Assembly: GCA_965249725.1 (NCBI GenBank)
Contig: CBDFMQ010000002.1
Coordinates: 1,568,001 to 1,632,000 of the forward strand
Source: Longimicrobiales bacterium
GTDB lineage: Bacteria; Gemmatimonadota; Gemmatimonadetes; Longimicrobiales; Gaopeijiaceae
DNA length: 64,000 bases
Reading direction: 5' to 3'
Below are positions 1-13,984 of the stretch, in pieces. The translations under genes and the position numbers were made by a program. Below the pieces are notes generated by a model. It searched no databases. It was not told the DNA's origin and saw only the letters and a program-made list of their open reading frames with translations. How positions within the stretch are numbered: position 1 is the first letter of the stretch; each line of letters starts with the position of its first letter.

Positions 1-1647
<1,647 letters not shown>

Positions 1648-1689
1648 TTGTTTCTGCTACACCAGGAAAGGCGTCAGAGTCCCCGACGC

Positions 1690-2229
1690 TCACAAACTCG
1701 CAATATAGGGCAAGTGGCGGAAGTTCTCGCTGAAATCGAGCCCGTACCCCACCAGAAACTCCTCGGGCGCATCGAACCCGATCCATCGAGGCTCCTGGAC
1801 GAGCCGGCCGATGCGCTTATGTAGAAGAGCGCAGATCTCCAGGCTCTTCGGGCCCCGCTCAGCGAGGAGCGGAATAAGGCGGTTGACGGTATTCCCGCTG
1901 TCGATGATGTCCTCCACGATAATCACCGCCCGGTCCGCCAGCGACGCCTCTGAATCGTACACCAACTGCACATCTCCACTACTCGTGGTGGCATCGCCGT
2001 AGCTCGACGCCACCAGGAAGTCGATCTGGAGAGGCAGGTCGACCGACCGAACCAGATCGGCCAAGAAAATGAAGGAGCCCTTCAACAGGCCCAACACCAA
2101 TAGATCGTCGTCCTCTGTGTAGGACTCGGTGATCTCCCTACCCATCTCCGCGACGCGTCGGGCGATCGTCTCCTCCGAGTAGACGATCCGGCCCAGCTCC
2201 TTTCCCCCCAACTTCGCTTGGATCGTCAC
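1690..2229 (-). CDS. hpt: Hypoxanthine phosphoribosyltransferase
   Basis: GLLKGSFIFLADL, IVEDIIDSGNT PRPP motif, VGYGLD...RHLPYI. Confidence 0.96.
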   Translation of the reverse strand: MTIQAKLGGKELGRIVYSEETIARRVAEMGREITESYTEDDDLLVLGLLKGSFIFLADLVRSVDLPLQIDFLVASSYGDATTSSGDVQLVYDSEASLADRAVIIVEDIIDSGNTVNRLIPLLAERGPKSLEICALLHKRIGRLVQEPRWIGFDAPEEFLVGYGLDFSENFRHLPYIASL

Positions 2230-3608
2230 CAGACCTCCGAGGTGGACATCGAGATAGCCAGGACCGTTTCCTCACCGGACGGGGCCACAAGGCATGACCG
2301 GGCTACACCGGGCACCCAGAGCACTCGACCACGGCCGTCCACCACGATCGGCAACCGAGAACGCCTATCCAGAGGTACGCGGGCCTCGCCGAAGACCTTC
2401 TTCAGCTTCTTGGAGCCGTACGAATAACGCACCCGGTCTCCGGCCGCCCATGCACGCATGCGGATGGGAAACTCCAGCCCTCCCAGGGCAAACCGCTCTA
2501 CCCACTGCCCTTCGGGGCACTTCCCTTCCGGCCGATCGGTGAGCGACCAGCGCGCCGACCAGTCCGTCCCCCCGACGACGAAGTCTCCCTCGCCCTGTGC
2601 AGGTCCGTCAATCTCCAGCGAGCCGTCGACCCCTCTCTCGGGAACGAGCTCGAGAACCAGATGATCGAAGGATCGATGTAGCCGCAGGAGGCCCGCAATC
2701 CAGTGCTCCTTGCCGCTGGCGCCCGCGCTAGTAAACAGAACGGCAGCGCGAGTTCCTGCCTCATCGAGGCGCACGCCCATCCGAGCTGAAAGGGTTCTCA
2801 GCGCGCGAGCTTGAACCTCTGGATCATGCGTCAGCCACGCAGCTCGATCGAGGGTCACCCGCGCTTCGCTCGCCTCGACGATCAGGTCGTCCAGCAGCTT
2901 CTCCAGGATCGACCTCCACGCTCGCTCCTCTCTCTCGGCGATCCCCGCCAGGCGCACCAGAGAGCTGCGAGCGCCCGGAGCGACTGCCTCTTCGAGCAGT
3001 GGCAGCACGGCGTGCCTGAGGACGTTGCGCGCATAGGCCGGATTCTCGTTCGACGGATCGACCCGCGGTCGAATCCCCACGGCTTGCGCGTACTCCTCCA
3101 GGCGCGCACGCGTGAACGGCAACAGGGGCCGCAGAATCCCGGGCTCTCGCTGCTCCGGAATCGCCGCGAGGCCACCCGTTCCGGTTCCTCGGACGATTCG
3201 GAACAGCACCGTCTCGGCCTGATCGTCGGCATGGTGAGCCGTGACGATCCACCGGGTCTCCAAGTCGCTGTGTTCCCCTTCCAGGAACTCGTAGCGGGCG
3301 TCCCGCGCCTCCTCTTCACTGGAGAGATCGGTCGCTGCCACACCCTCTCGGAGTGGAATTCCCCACGCCCGCGCGACGCCCCGGACCCATGAGGCGTCAC
3401 CCGCACTGCCCTGACGCATACGATGATCGAAGTGCCCTACCATGAGGCGAAGCTCGGGCAGCCCGGGGGAGAATCTCAGGAGGTGTAGGAGGACGAGGGA
3501 GTCCAATCCGCCCGACAGGGCCACCAGGACGCCGTCACCGTCCGAGAAGAAGCCCCGATCCGCCACGTGCTGCCCGAATTCACCGGTCAGGGCATGCCGA
3601 CGGCTCAT
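2226..3608 (-). CDS. tilS: tRNA(Ile)-lysidine synthetase
   Basis: SGGLDS PP-loop, TAHHADDQAETVLFRIVRG, RPLL, DPSN; start set at ATG overlapping the upstream stop. Confidence 0.95.
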   Translation of the reverse strand: MSRRHALTGEFGQHVADRGFFSDGDGVLVALSGGLDSLVLLHLLRFSPGLPELRLMVGHFDHRMRQGSAGDASWVRGVARAWGIPLREGVAATDLSSEEEARDARYEFLEGEHSDLETRWIVTAHHADDQAETVLFRIVRGTGTGGLAAIPEQREPGILRPLLPFTRARLEEYAQAVGIRPRVDPSNENPAYARNVLRHAVLPLLEEAVAPGARSSLVRLAGIAEREERAWRSILEKLLDDLIVEASEARVTLDRAAWLTHDPEVQARALRTLSARMGVRLDEAGTRAAVLFTSAGASGKEHWIAGLLRLHRSFDHLVLELVPERGVDGSLEIDGPAQGEGDFVVGGTDWSARWSLTDRPEGKCPEGQWVERFALGGLEFPIRMRAWAAGDRVRYSYGSKKLKKVFGEARVPLDRRSRLPIVVDGRGRVLWVPGVARSCLVAPSGEETVLAISMSTSEVW

Positions 3609-4438
3609 CCCGCCAACTCCGGCAAAGGCCTGCCGGCGACATCGGCCAACACCGGCCCGAGAATGTCGAGTCGGTCGGTCTGAATGCCGTCGACCCCCCA
3701 TGCGAGGAGCCTTCGCATGTCGTCCTCGTCGTCCACTACCCAGACATGGACGGGAATGTTGAGGCGATGAGCCTGCGCCACGAACCGTCGAGTCACCACG
3801 GGCAGGCCATGCCAGGCCTCAGGCACCTGAAGGACGTCGAAGACCGGTGCCATGAGGCCGACCATCCGAGCATGATCGGCGCACCAAAACCGAGCGATAT
3901 CCCTTCTGGAAGCACCCCAAGCTCCCTGATAGCCACGGGCGTCTCGGCGCCACCTCTCCACCTCGGCGGCCACGAGGACGCGATGCGTGGCGCTGTGCCG
4001 GCGAATCACCTCCACCAGGGGGCGGGCAACTTCCGGGGCCTTGGTCTCCACGTTCACCCGTGTCTCCGGGAACGCCTCGAGCACCTCGTCCAGGGTGGGC
4101 ACGTGTACGCCCGTGCCACGATACGAGGTGGCTCCGTTCAGATCCCGGAAGTGGAAGCCGGCGTCCAGCGCCTGGAGCTCCTGCAACGACATTGAGGCGA
4201 CCGACCCGGTACCGTCGCAGGTACGATCGACGGTCCAGTCGTGAATCAGGACGACCTCTCCGTCCGCCGTCAGGTGCGCATCGGTCTCGAGCATGTCGAC
4301 GCCCCACCCTTCCACGGCCAACCGGAAAGCCGCCATGGTGTTCTCGGGGGCCATGGCCGCCCCGCCACGATGGGCGATGAAGAGCGGGCTCCCTGCCAGG
4401 TAGGAGCGGCCGGGCCGCGGCCTAGGGGTTGAGGCCAT
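3605..4438 (-). CDS. Glycerophosphodiester phosphodiesterase family protein
   Basis: IAHRGG..PENT, ETDAHLTADG..HD, GVDGIQTD. Confidence 0.92.
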   Translation of the reverse strand: MASTPRPRPGRSYLAGSPLFIAHRGGAAMAPENTMAAFRLAVEGWGVDMLETDAHLTADGEVVLIHDWTVDRTCDGTGSVASMSLQELQALDAGFHFRDLNGATSYRGTGVHVPTLDEVLEAFPETRVNVETKAPEVARPLVEVIRRHSATHRVLVAAEVERWRRDARGYQGAWGASRRDIARFWCADHARMVGLMAPVFDVLQVPEAWHGLPVVTRRFVAQAHRLNIPVHVWVVDDEDDMRRLLAWGVDGIQTDRLDILGPVLADVAGRPLPELAG

Positions 4439-4450
4439 CGGTCCGGCGCG

Positions 4451-4966
4451 TCAGGACGCGGCAGCGCCGTCCCTGAAGCCCTCGACGTCGGCCGGATCGA
4501 CCCCGTGGAGCTGAAAGAGCACCAGGTCGAGAAGACGATCCGTCAGCGCCAGATCCCGCTCGGTCCGCGAGGCCTCTTCATCTTCCGGATCCCCATCCCG
4601 ATCCTGGAGCGCCACGACGCTGTCGGCCAGGAATGCGGCCACCTCTTCCACCACCTCTGGGCGGGGATTTGCGGGCGCCAGGGAATCGGGCATGACCTGA
4701 TTGAGAAGCAGTCCGCGGATATAGGCGAGGAATCCGGGGAACGTCAGTTCAGAAAGAGGCTCTCCCTCGACCTGCTCCTCGTCGGTGATGTCTTCCCACG
4801 CGAGTTCGTTTTGATACAGATCGGTGGCATCACTCAAGAGGTGTTCTCGCTCGGATTCCGACAAATCGGGGCCATCGGACGGAGTCGGGACGGTCAGCGT
4901 ACGACCCAGAGCACGCTCCAAGGCCTCTCTCCTCGCATCGAGCAATGCCTTGGCTCGAAAATCCAT
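4451..4966 (-). CDS. Hypothetical acidic protein
   Basis: 171-aa ORF, GAGGAG SD upstream, co-oriented with neighbours. Confidence 0.75.
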   Translation of the reverse strand: MDFRAKALLDARREALERALGRTLTVPTPSDGPDLSESEREHLLSDATDLYQNELAWEDITDEEQVEGEPLSELTFPGFLAYIRGLLLNQVMPDSLAPANPRPEVVEEVAAFLADSVVALQDRDGDPEDEEASRTERDLALTDRLLDLVLFQLHGVDPADVEGFRDGAAAS

Positions 4967-5065
4967 ACTGTAGACTCCTCAGGGTCGTTTCGGGTAACCA
5001 CTCAGCCGGGGGCAACTTACCGACAGTCGTCGCCCGGCCGCTACTCCTTACGGATAAAGCGGAGC

Positions 5066-5833
5066 CTACTCCAGGCGATCTCGGCGGATTCGCCTTGCCA
5101 AACGGTCGTAGAGGCTGCGGGGCAGCATCTGGCCCACCCACACCAGGACCGAGAGGGACCAGGGGAACAGCAGCGAAGGACGCCGCGCGGCGATGGCTCC
5201 GTAGATCCGGTCCACCGCGTCGTCGAGTTCGACGAGGAAGGGCCGCTTCCGCACGTACTTGGAGGTGCCAGACGCCCTTACATGTCCCGGCGAAACGACG
5301 GTGACCGCGACCCCATCGTCCTCGAGATCGAGTCGGAGGCCCTCGAAGAAGACGCGTAGCGCGGCCTTGGATGCCCCGTAGCCTGAAGTCTTCGGAAGGC
5401 CTCCGAATCCGGCCAGACTGGACAGACAGACGAGATGCCCATGCCGGCGCTCCAACATGCCTGGGAGCACGGCCTCGACTGCATGGACGGCACCTAGGAA
5501 GTTGAGCCGCATCAGTCTTTCCACGTCGGCCGCCGCCAAACCATGGGTCTTCGTTCCCTCGCTGAGCCCGGCATTGGCTACGAGGAGATCGACGGGGCCC
5601 AGAGTCTGCTCACACGATCGGACCGCTCGGTGTACGGCCTTCGAATCGGTGACATCGCACACCAAGACCTCGGCTCGCCCACCAGCGGCTTCGATCTCTT
5701 CCTTCGCGGCCCGAAGGGCCTCCTCCCGGCGTGCAGCGAGACCCACCCAGTACCCCTCCCGGGCTAGGCGTACTGCGAGGGCACGGCCGATCCCAGATGA
5801 AGCACCCGTGACCAGAGCGACTCGAGGGCTCAT
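5066..5833 (-). CDS. SDR family NAD(P)-dependent oxidoreductase
   Basis: TGASSGIG, ANAG, YGASK catalytic motif. Confidence 0.93.
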   Translation of the reverse strand: MSPRVALVTGASSGIGRALAVRLAREGYWVGLAARREEALRAAKEEIEAAGGRAEVLVCDVTDSKAVHRAVRSCEQTLGPVDLLVANAGLSEGTKTHGLAAADVERLMRLNFLGAVHAVEAVLPGMLERRHGHLVCLSSLAGFGGLPKTSGYGASKAALRVFFEGLRLDLEDDGVAVTVVSPGHVRASGTSKYVRKRPFLVELDDAVDRIYGAIAARRPSLLFPWSLSVLVWVGQMLPRSLYDRLARRIRRDRLE

Positions 5834-6798
5834 CCGCCGCTCCGCAGGTCCCTCTCCCACGCGCCGAACGCCACCTCGTAGTACCGGGGATTGAACATGG
5901 CCCACTCGCCCAGTGACTCCGGCACCGAATAGGAACGAGCCGCATCGACAACGGGGATCCCGGCCTCCACAGCCCTCGTCGCCGCCGATCCGACGTCCTC
6001 CAGGAGATCCAAGTAGGGGGCGAGTCCGGCCAAGTCCGACGTGTCACCGTGACCGGGCACATAGATGGCCTCCGGGTCGACCAGGATCTCGCGAACATGA
6101 CGGATCAAGCTCGTTGGGCGGGCATCGCGGTAGTTAGGGAAGAGGCCGTTCCAAACGAGATCGCCGCACCAGACGATCCTCGGGTCATCCACCTCGACGG
6201 TGACGTCACTCGAGGTATGTCCCTCCCGGGCCGTAACCCTAACCACCCGACCACCCAAATCGATCTCCGTGGAGCCTTCCCCGGCGATGACCAGGTTGGG
6301 CAGAAGTCGATCTCGCGACTCCTCCGTCAGGAGCCGATGTGTTTCGCCCGTGGCCAGCACCCGTAACTCGCCGGGTCGGGCTCGGTATCCTCCCTGCCCG
6401 AACGAGTGGTCACCGTGATAGTGGGTCAGCACCACGTGGGTGGGCCGGCGGCCCGTGATGCGCTCGGCAGCGTCGCCGACCCAACGCGCTCCCTCGATCG
6501 TCGCCAGCCCCTCCACGGCCAGGACAGCATCGCGCCCGACGATGAAGCCGCCGTTGGAAAGGGTCGTGAAGTCGCCGCTCTTCAGGGGCGTGGAAACGAG
6601 CACCCAGACTCCCTCGGCGATCTCCTCGAGGCGCCCCCATGGCTCCACCGCCTGCGCGGTACCTCTCGGTGACGCCCCGAACGCCTCTCGAACGAACGAG
6701 GGAGCGAAGGTCGACGCGAGCACCAGGTGAGCCCCACATGAGGCGGACTGGTGGAGGAACCGGCGCCTGCTGAGGCCCCGTGGGGACGTAGCGGACAT
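5830..6798 (-). CDS. Tat-exported MBL-fold metallo-hydrolase
   Basis: SRRRFL twin-arginine signal; THYHGDH, GHT, GD, PGHG motifs. Confidence 0.88.
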   Translation of the reverse strand: MSATSPRGLSRRRFLHQSASCGAHLVLASTFAPSFVREAFGASPRGTAQAVEPWGRLEEIAEGVWVLVSTPLKSGDFTTLSNGGFIVGRDAVLAVEGLATIEGARWVGDAAERITGRRPTHVVLTHYHGDHSFGQGGYRARPGELRVLATGETHRLLTEESRDRLLPNLVIAGEGSTEIDLGGRVVRVTAREGHTSSDVTVEVDDPRIVWCGDLVWNGLFPNYRDARPTSLIRHVREILVDPEAIYVPGHGDTSDLAGLAPYLDLLEDVGSAATRAVEAGIPVVDAARSYSVPESLGEWAMFNPRYYEVAFGAWERDLRSGG

Positions 6799-6839
6799 GA
6801 GAGCCTTTGAGATCGCGGGTGAGTGCCCATCCGACCGAC

Positions 6840-6874
6840 AAGAACCGGCCCCTCGGTAGATTCCGAGAGGCCGG
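6840..6874 (-). terminator. Probable intrinsic terminator downstream of tRNA-Met
   Basis: Minus strand CCGGCCTCTCGG-loop-CCGAGGGGCCGG stem followed by TTCTT. Confidence 0.6.
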
Positions 6875-6895
6875 CGCCGGTTTTGATGCCTCCAA

Positions 6896-6969
6896 TAGCG
6901 GAGGAGGGACTCGAACCCCCGACACGCGGATTATGATTCCGCTGCTCTAACCACCTGAGCTACTCCGCC
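6896..6969 (-). tRNA. tRNA-Met (CAT), elongator type; CCA not encoded
   Basis: GGCGGAG/CTCCGCT acceptor stem, D arm AGCTCAGGTGGTTAGAGC, anticodon stem GCGGA/TCCGC with CAT at 6935-6933, GTTCGAGTC T loop. Confidence 0.93.
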
Positions 6970-7120
6970 CCCATGCTGTCCTGCTCCAAAAACTCCCAAG
7001 AGTCCAGAGGGGTGTCAAGGCAGAGGTGCGGGCTATTTCGCCTGTGAAGGGGTACTCTTTCTGGTACGTAGTCTTGGTACGTCACGACAACGGACATTCC
7101 TGGTATCAAGGGGTCGTTTC

Positions 7121-8086
7121 ATGGACTTCGGAGCCATTTGGATTCCGGCCGCCATCGTAGCCGGGGTGGGGTTGCTCTCCAGCTTGCGGATCCTCTACGA
7201 ATACGAGAGAGGGGTCATCTTTCGGCTTGGCAAGCTGACCCGGGCGAAGGGCCCCGGGCTCATCTTCCTGGTTCCGTTCGCGATCGAACGGATGAAGAAG
7301 ATGGACCTGCGCATCGTGGCGCTCGACATCGCACCACAGGACACCATCACGAAGGACAACGTCAGCGTGAAAGTAAACGCCGTCGTCTACTTCCGGGTGG
7401 CGGATCCGGCCAAGGCGGTCGTCGAGATCGAGGACTACTACTTCGCCACGAGCCAGCTGGCCCAGACTACGCTCCGCAGCGTCATCGGTCAGTCTGAGCT
7501 GGACGAGCTTCTTGCAGAACGGGAGCAGATCAACGAGGTGGTCTGCAAGATCATCGATCAAGGCACGGATCCCTGGGGCATCGAAGTCACCTCAGTCGAG
7601 ATCAAGGACATCGACCTCCCCCACGAGATGAAGCGCGCCATGGCCAAACAGGCCGAGGCCGAGCGGGAGCGGCGCGGCAAGGTCATCGCGGCCGCAGGGG
7701 AGGCACAGGCAGCCGCGAAGCTGGCCGAAGCGGCGGAGATCATCCAGCACTACCCCGTGGCGATTCAGCTCCGGTTCATGCAGACCGTCGTCGAGATCGC
7801 GGCCGAAAACAACTCCACGACCGTGTTCCCCATCCCCATGGACCTGTTCCAGCCGATCGCCGAGGCGGGGGAACGCTGGAAGTCGGGAGCACGTCCGTCG
7901 CAGGAGGCGTTCAAGGCGGCCGCCGAGGGGATGGTGGTGCCGGAGGGTGCCGATCAGGCGATGCTCGCAGAGGCGGCGAAGGCGTTTCTCGGGAGCGGGA
8001 GTGGCGGCCAGACCTCGGAGCCGGCTCAGGTCGCCCCAGAGGAGACGGGTTCCGAAGAGGACGCCGGAGAGGCCGACGACTCGTAA
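7121..8086 (+). CDS. SPFH/band 7 (slipin, stomatin-like) protein
   Basis: [55 protein letters not shown]; acidic C-terminal tail. Confidence 0.95.
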   Translation: MDFGAIWIPAAIVAGVGLLSSLRILYEYERGVIFRLGKLTRAKGPGLIFLVPFAIERMKKMDLRIVALDIAPQDTITKDNVSVKVNAVVYFRVADPAKAVVEIEDYYFATSQLAQTTLRSVIGQSELDELLAEREQINEVVCKIIDQGTDPWGIEVTSVEIKDIDLPHEMKRAMAKQAEAERERRGKVIAAAGEAQAAAKLAEAAEIIQHYPVAIQLRFMQTVVEIAAENNSTTVFPIPMDLFQPIAEAGERWKSGARPSQEAFKAAAEGMVVPEGADQAMLAEAAKAFLGSGSGGQTSEPAQVAPEETGSEEDAGEADDS

Positions 8087-8126
8087 GGACCCAGAAGGCC
8101 CCAAGGGCCCTGGCCCTCTCGCAGTG

Positions 8127-10495
<2,369 letters not shown>

Positions 10496-10502
<7 letters not shown>

Positions 10503-11515
10503 GCGCTTCCCTGCGGCGGAAAGTGATCGAATCCCCCAGAATGCTCTCTCCCACTCGGGCCGTCCCAACCCTCGATGTGCACTCCTTCGCCCTCTAACAC
10601 ACGGCCTACCTTAGTGAGAGAAGTCTCGAACGTCTTACGGAAGGTATCCACGAGGGGTCCGATCGACCCGGGAGGCGACGCGAAGCACAACTCGTAATCT
10701 TCGCCGCCCGAGAGCACGAGGTCGGACTCCCCGGCGGCCAAATCAGGGTGCGAGGGTACCAAGGCGGACTCGATCTCGATGCGCACGCCGGACGCCGCGG
10801 CCAAGTGGCCCGCGTCCCCCGCCAGTCCGTCCGATAGATCGATCATCGCATGAAGCTGACCGTGTTCGGCGAGCCAACCCGCCTCCCTTATGCGGGCCAC
10901 GGGTCGGGTGAAGGCCTCACGCAGCCCTGTACTCGGTTCCTCACCCCTGCTCCACGCCCGCACCGCCCCCGAGCTGCCGCCCAGGACGCCGCTGACCCAG
11001 ATCTCGTCGCCGGGAACGGCTCCTCTTCGCGTGACCGGATCCGTCGCCTCACCGAGCACAGTGACGTCGAGGACCAGCGGTCCGGGAGACCCCGTGAGGT
11101 CACCCCCCACAAGGGCGGCTCCGAGGTCCGCCAGGGCGTCTCGGACGCCCGCAGCGAGCTCGGTCAACACGGCTTTCGCCTCGTCCCCCGACACGGCCAC
11201 CGAGAGGAGCACACCCACAGGCGTCGCCGCCATGGCCGCGAGGTCGCTGGCGGCCGAGATGACGGCACGGTAGCCGGCTTCTTCCAGGGAGACCCAAGCC
11301 CGGCGAAAGTGCACATCCTCAACGGCGAGATCCGTACTCGCGACGACGTTCCCGCACCGCAGCACGGCCGCATCGTCTCCAGGCCCCACAAGAACGGCGG
11401 AACCCAAGGCACCCGACTCGCCGATCAGGGTCCGGATGAGATCGAACTCCCCTCCCGGACCCATGGGTACGGTGCGGTCCTCCCCCGGACCACGGGACGG
11501 GCCATCCAACATCAC
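10496..11515 (-). CDS. thiL: Thiamine-monophosphate kinase
   Basis: GEFDLI, GPGDDAAV, SDLAAMAA, GGDL, IDLSDGL, GGEDYEL. Confidence 0.95.
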
Positions 11516-13113
11516 CGTGCGGCGTCTTGGTCGAAGATGACGAACGGCAGGTCGAGGTCGCTCTCACCCGGACCCTCTTCGTCCCACGCGGCAGGCAGCG
11601 TCTCGACGACATCGGACGGTGTGAGGCCCGATCCCTTGGCGACACGGCTGGCTGCCCGGCCGGTCGTGTGGAGGGCCAAGGCGCCCGCCACGTCCGCGGC
11701 ACACCCCTGGGCCAGAAATCCACCGGCCACGCCGGTGAGCACGTCGCCCATGCCGCCCGTTGCCAGATCGGAGCTTCCCGCCGTGTCCACCAGACAGGTC
11801 CCGGTCGGGGGGACGACGATCGATGGGAGACCCTTGAGCAAGACCGTCGCGCCCGATCGGGACGCGAGAATCCTCGCCGCCGATACACGGTCCTCCGCGA
11901 TCGCCTCTCCACTCAAGCCGGACAGAGAACGCATCTCGCCGAGATGGGGGGTGACCAGCACGACCCTTCCGTCATGGGTCCAGTGGTTCAGTGCGGGCCC
12001 CTCCCCCGATGCGGCCAGGTTCAGCGCGTCCGCATCCAAGACCGTCGGGCGGCCCGACGTGGCCTCCCTGACCACCTCCAGCAGTGCGCCACTCTCCAGG
12101 ACGTCCCCCAAGCCGGGCCCTGCGGCGACGGCATGGGAGGCCACGGCCGCATCTCTCACCGCCTTCGAGTCGTCTCCGCACACGAACACGGCTTCCGGAA
12201 CGGACCCCTGGATGATCTCACGGTTCTCCGGGGCCGACGCCACACGCAGGAGACCTACGCCGGAGCGCAACGCCGCCTTCGCCGCCATCACAGCGGCCCC
12301 GGCCATGCCTGTACGACCCGCCACGAGCAGCAGAGCACCCACGCGATTCTTGTGCGTGTCGGGCTCCCTGCGTGGTCTCCGCTCCGCTGCCCACGCCGGC
12401 GTCACGACCAAAGCACCGAACGCCCCGTCTGACACGGGCGGGAAACCGATCTCCACTGCGACCAACCGTCCGACGTTGGCACGTGCAGGTTGCAGCAGCG
12501 TGCCGATCTTCGGCCAACCCAACGCTACCGTCACCTGGGCGACGACCGCCTCCCCCTCGATGTGCCCCGTGTCCGCATCGACACCGGACGGCACATCCAA
12601 CGCAAGCACCGGGCGGCCTGCACCATTGATCGCCTGGATTGCTCTAGCCTGCCGGGCCCGGGCCTCTCCCCTTATGCCGGTGCCGAGAATGCCGTCCACC
12701 AACACCCCGGCGGAGGCAAGCGAGGACGCGAGTGTGCCATCATCGGCGGCCCCCACGGCGTCGCCGGTCCCCCCGTCACCCACACAAGACAGGTCCCATC
12801 CGTGGAGCAGGGCATCGTCCACCGGCCGATCCGCGACGAGCACCGCCTTCACGGGTCGGCCCCACGAGCGGAGGGTCCTGAGAAGCACGAGGGCATCACC
12901 CCCGTTGTTCCCGGCCCCTACGAGGGCAACCACTTCTCCACGAGGATACAATCGGTCGAGAACGTGGGCGGCGGATCGGCCGGCGCACTCCATCAGGGCC
13001 AGCTGTGGCACGTCCTGCTCCGAGATGGCCCAGTGGTCGAAGGCAGCCGCTTCGGACCCCGTGGGGGCCCACACCCGGGGGCCTCCGTAAGGCCGGATAG
13101 GGATCCCAGTCAT
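11512..13113 (-). CDS. nnr: Bifunctional NAD(P)H-hydrate epimerase/dehydratase
   Basis: LMECAG, GAGNNGGD, DVPSG (YjeF_N); HKNRVG, GPGLG, DADAL, TPHLGE, ATGGMGDVL. Confidence 0.95.
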   Translation of the reverse strand: MTGIPIRPYGGPRVWAPTGSEAAAFDHWAISEQDVPQLALMECAGRSAAHVLDRLYPRGEVVALVGAGNNGGDALVLLRTLRSWGRPVKAVLVADRPVDDALLHGWDLSCVGDGGTGDAVGAADDGTLASSLASAGVLVDGILGTGIRGEARARQARAIQAINGAGRPVLALDVPSGVDADTGHIEGEAVVAQVTVALGWPKIGTLLQPARANVGRLVAVEIGFPPVSDGAFGALVVTPAWAAERRPRREPDTHKNRVGALLLVAGRTGMAGAAVMAAKAALRSGVGLLRVASAPENREIIQGSVPEAVFVCGDDSKAVRDAAVASHAVAAGPGLGDVLESGALLEVVREATSGRPTVLDADALNLAASGEGPALNHWTHDGRVVLVTPHLGEMRSLSGLSGEAIAEDRVSAARILASRSGATVLLKGLPSIVVPPTGTCLVDTAGSSDLATGGMGDVLTGVAGGFLAQGCAADVAGALALHTTGRAASRVAKGSGLTPSDVVETLPAAWDEEGPGESDLDLPFVIFDQDAAR

Positions 13114-13239
13114 GAAGCCTCGATGCTCGGTGCCCATTCGAGGGCACGCTGGATCCAAACCGAGTTCAGTGGTGGCAGGTACGAGGTGACGCGACGGCGG
13201 GTTCCACCCGGACGCCTGGAGCGCACGGGAGGAAGGAAA

Positions 13240-13437
13240 CTACTTGTAGCTTTGGCCGATACTCCGGCCGAGCGAAATCTCCCCATTGTCGATCCGGATG
13301 TTGAAGCCGCACTCCGGGTCGGAGCACACCCAGGCTTTGTAACGGATCGCCGCACCGTCTCGCCCATAATCCGAAAGCGGCAACAGGATCCCCGCATCGC
13401 ACTTCTGACAGCGAGGAAACCCAGTTTCTTCCGGCAT
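13240..13437 (-). CDS. Small four-cysteine (zinc-ribbon-like) hypothetical protein
   Basis: 65 aa, CQKC...CSDPEC, GGAGG SD upstream. Confidence 0.8.
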   Translation of the reverse strand: MPEETGFPRCQKCDAGILLPLSDYGRDGAAIRYKAWVCSDPECGFNIRIDNGEISLGRSIGQSYK

Positions 13438-13553
13438 GTTCGACCCCTCCCTACAACGTTTTCAGTTTGGCGAGCCCCCCGTCGACCAATCGACGGCAAG
13501 GCAGGCGCTTCTCGGTATGGTACTCAATCGAATGCGGCCCGCAGGCCGATCCC

Positions 13554-13934
13554 TCAAATCCCCGGACTCCAAGGATAGTTCTGCTCGAACGCTTCCTCGA
13601 AATCGAACACATCGCGGAAGTCTTCCGGGCTGTCTCCATCTTGCCTGATGAGAACCCCACAATCGACCAACGCGAAAACGATGTCTCCGAGGTCTTCGGT
13701 GGTGTGGATACCCCAATGCTGCAAAACGGTCCGTGCCATGGGACCGAAACGACTCAACGCGAGTCCTCGGACCCCCTCGGCCAGTTCCCGGCCCGAGATA
13801 TGGCGTGGCTCATCCAGACTTTCCATGACCCGATGCAGCGACGAGAGCAAGAAGAGGTACGCCTTCCCGTGAAAACGGGGGTGTTTTTCCTGGAGCTGAT
13901 CCAGGACCTCTTCGGCAAACTGAAGCTCGGTCAT
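13554..13934 (-). CDS. Minf_1886-family conserved hypothetical protein
   Basis: AYLFL..RHISGREL..FGPMARTVL.HWGI..TEDLGDIVFALV..DFRDVFDFEEAF pattern. Confidence 0.85.
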   Translation of the reverse strand: MTELQFAEEVLDQLQEKHPRFHGKAYLFLLSSLHRVMESLDEPRHISGRELAEGVRGLALSRFGPMARTVLQHWGIHTTEDLGDIVFALVDCGVLIRQDGDSPEDFRDVFDFEEAFEQNYPWSPGI

Positions 13935-13984
13935 AAGGGAAATCTTACGCGCTCACGGTCCTGGCGCCAGGCTACTACAGGGGT

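Noticed and set aside
5830..6798. Metallo-beta-lactamase resistance gene
   Set aside because: Only generic MBL-fold motifs; no subclass-specific evidence or mobile context
6896..6969. CAT tRNA as tRNA-Ile2, the substrate of nearby TilS, or as initiator tRNA
   Set aside because: The GGCGGAG acceptor stem resembles elongator Met. It lacks the C4/C5 pairs of E. coli Ile2 and the C1 mismatch and three G-C anticodon pairs of fMet. Not fully excluded without tRNAscan-SE or TFAM.
4451..6969. Genomic island integrated at tRNA-Met
   Set aside because: No integrase, no duplicated tRNA 3' end seen, no obvious compositional shift
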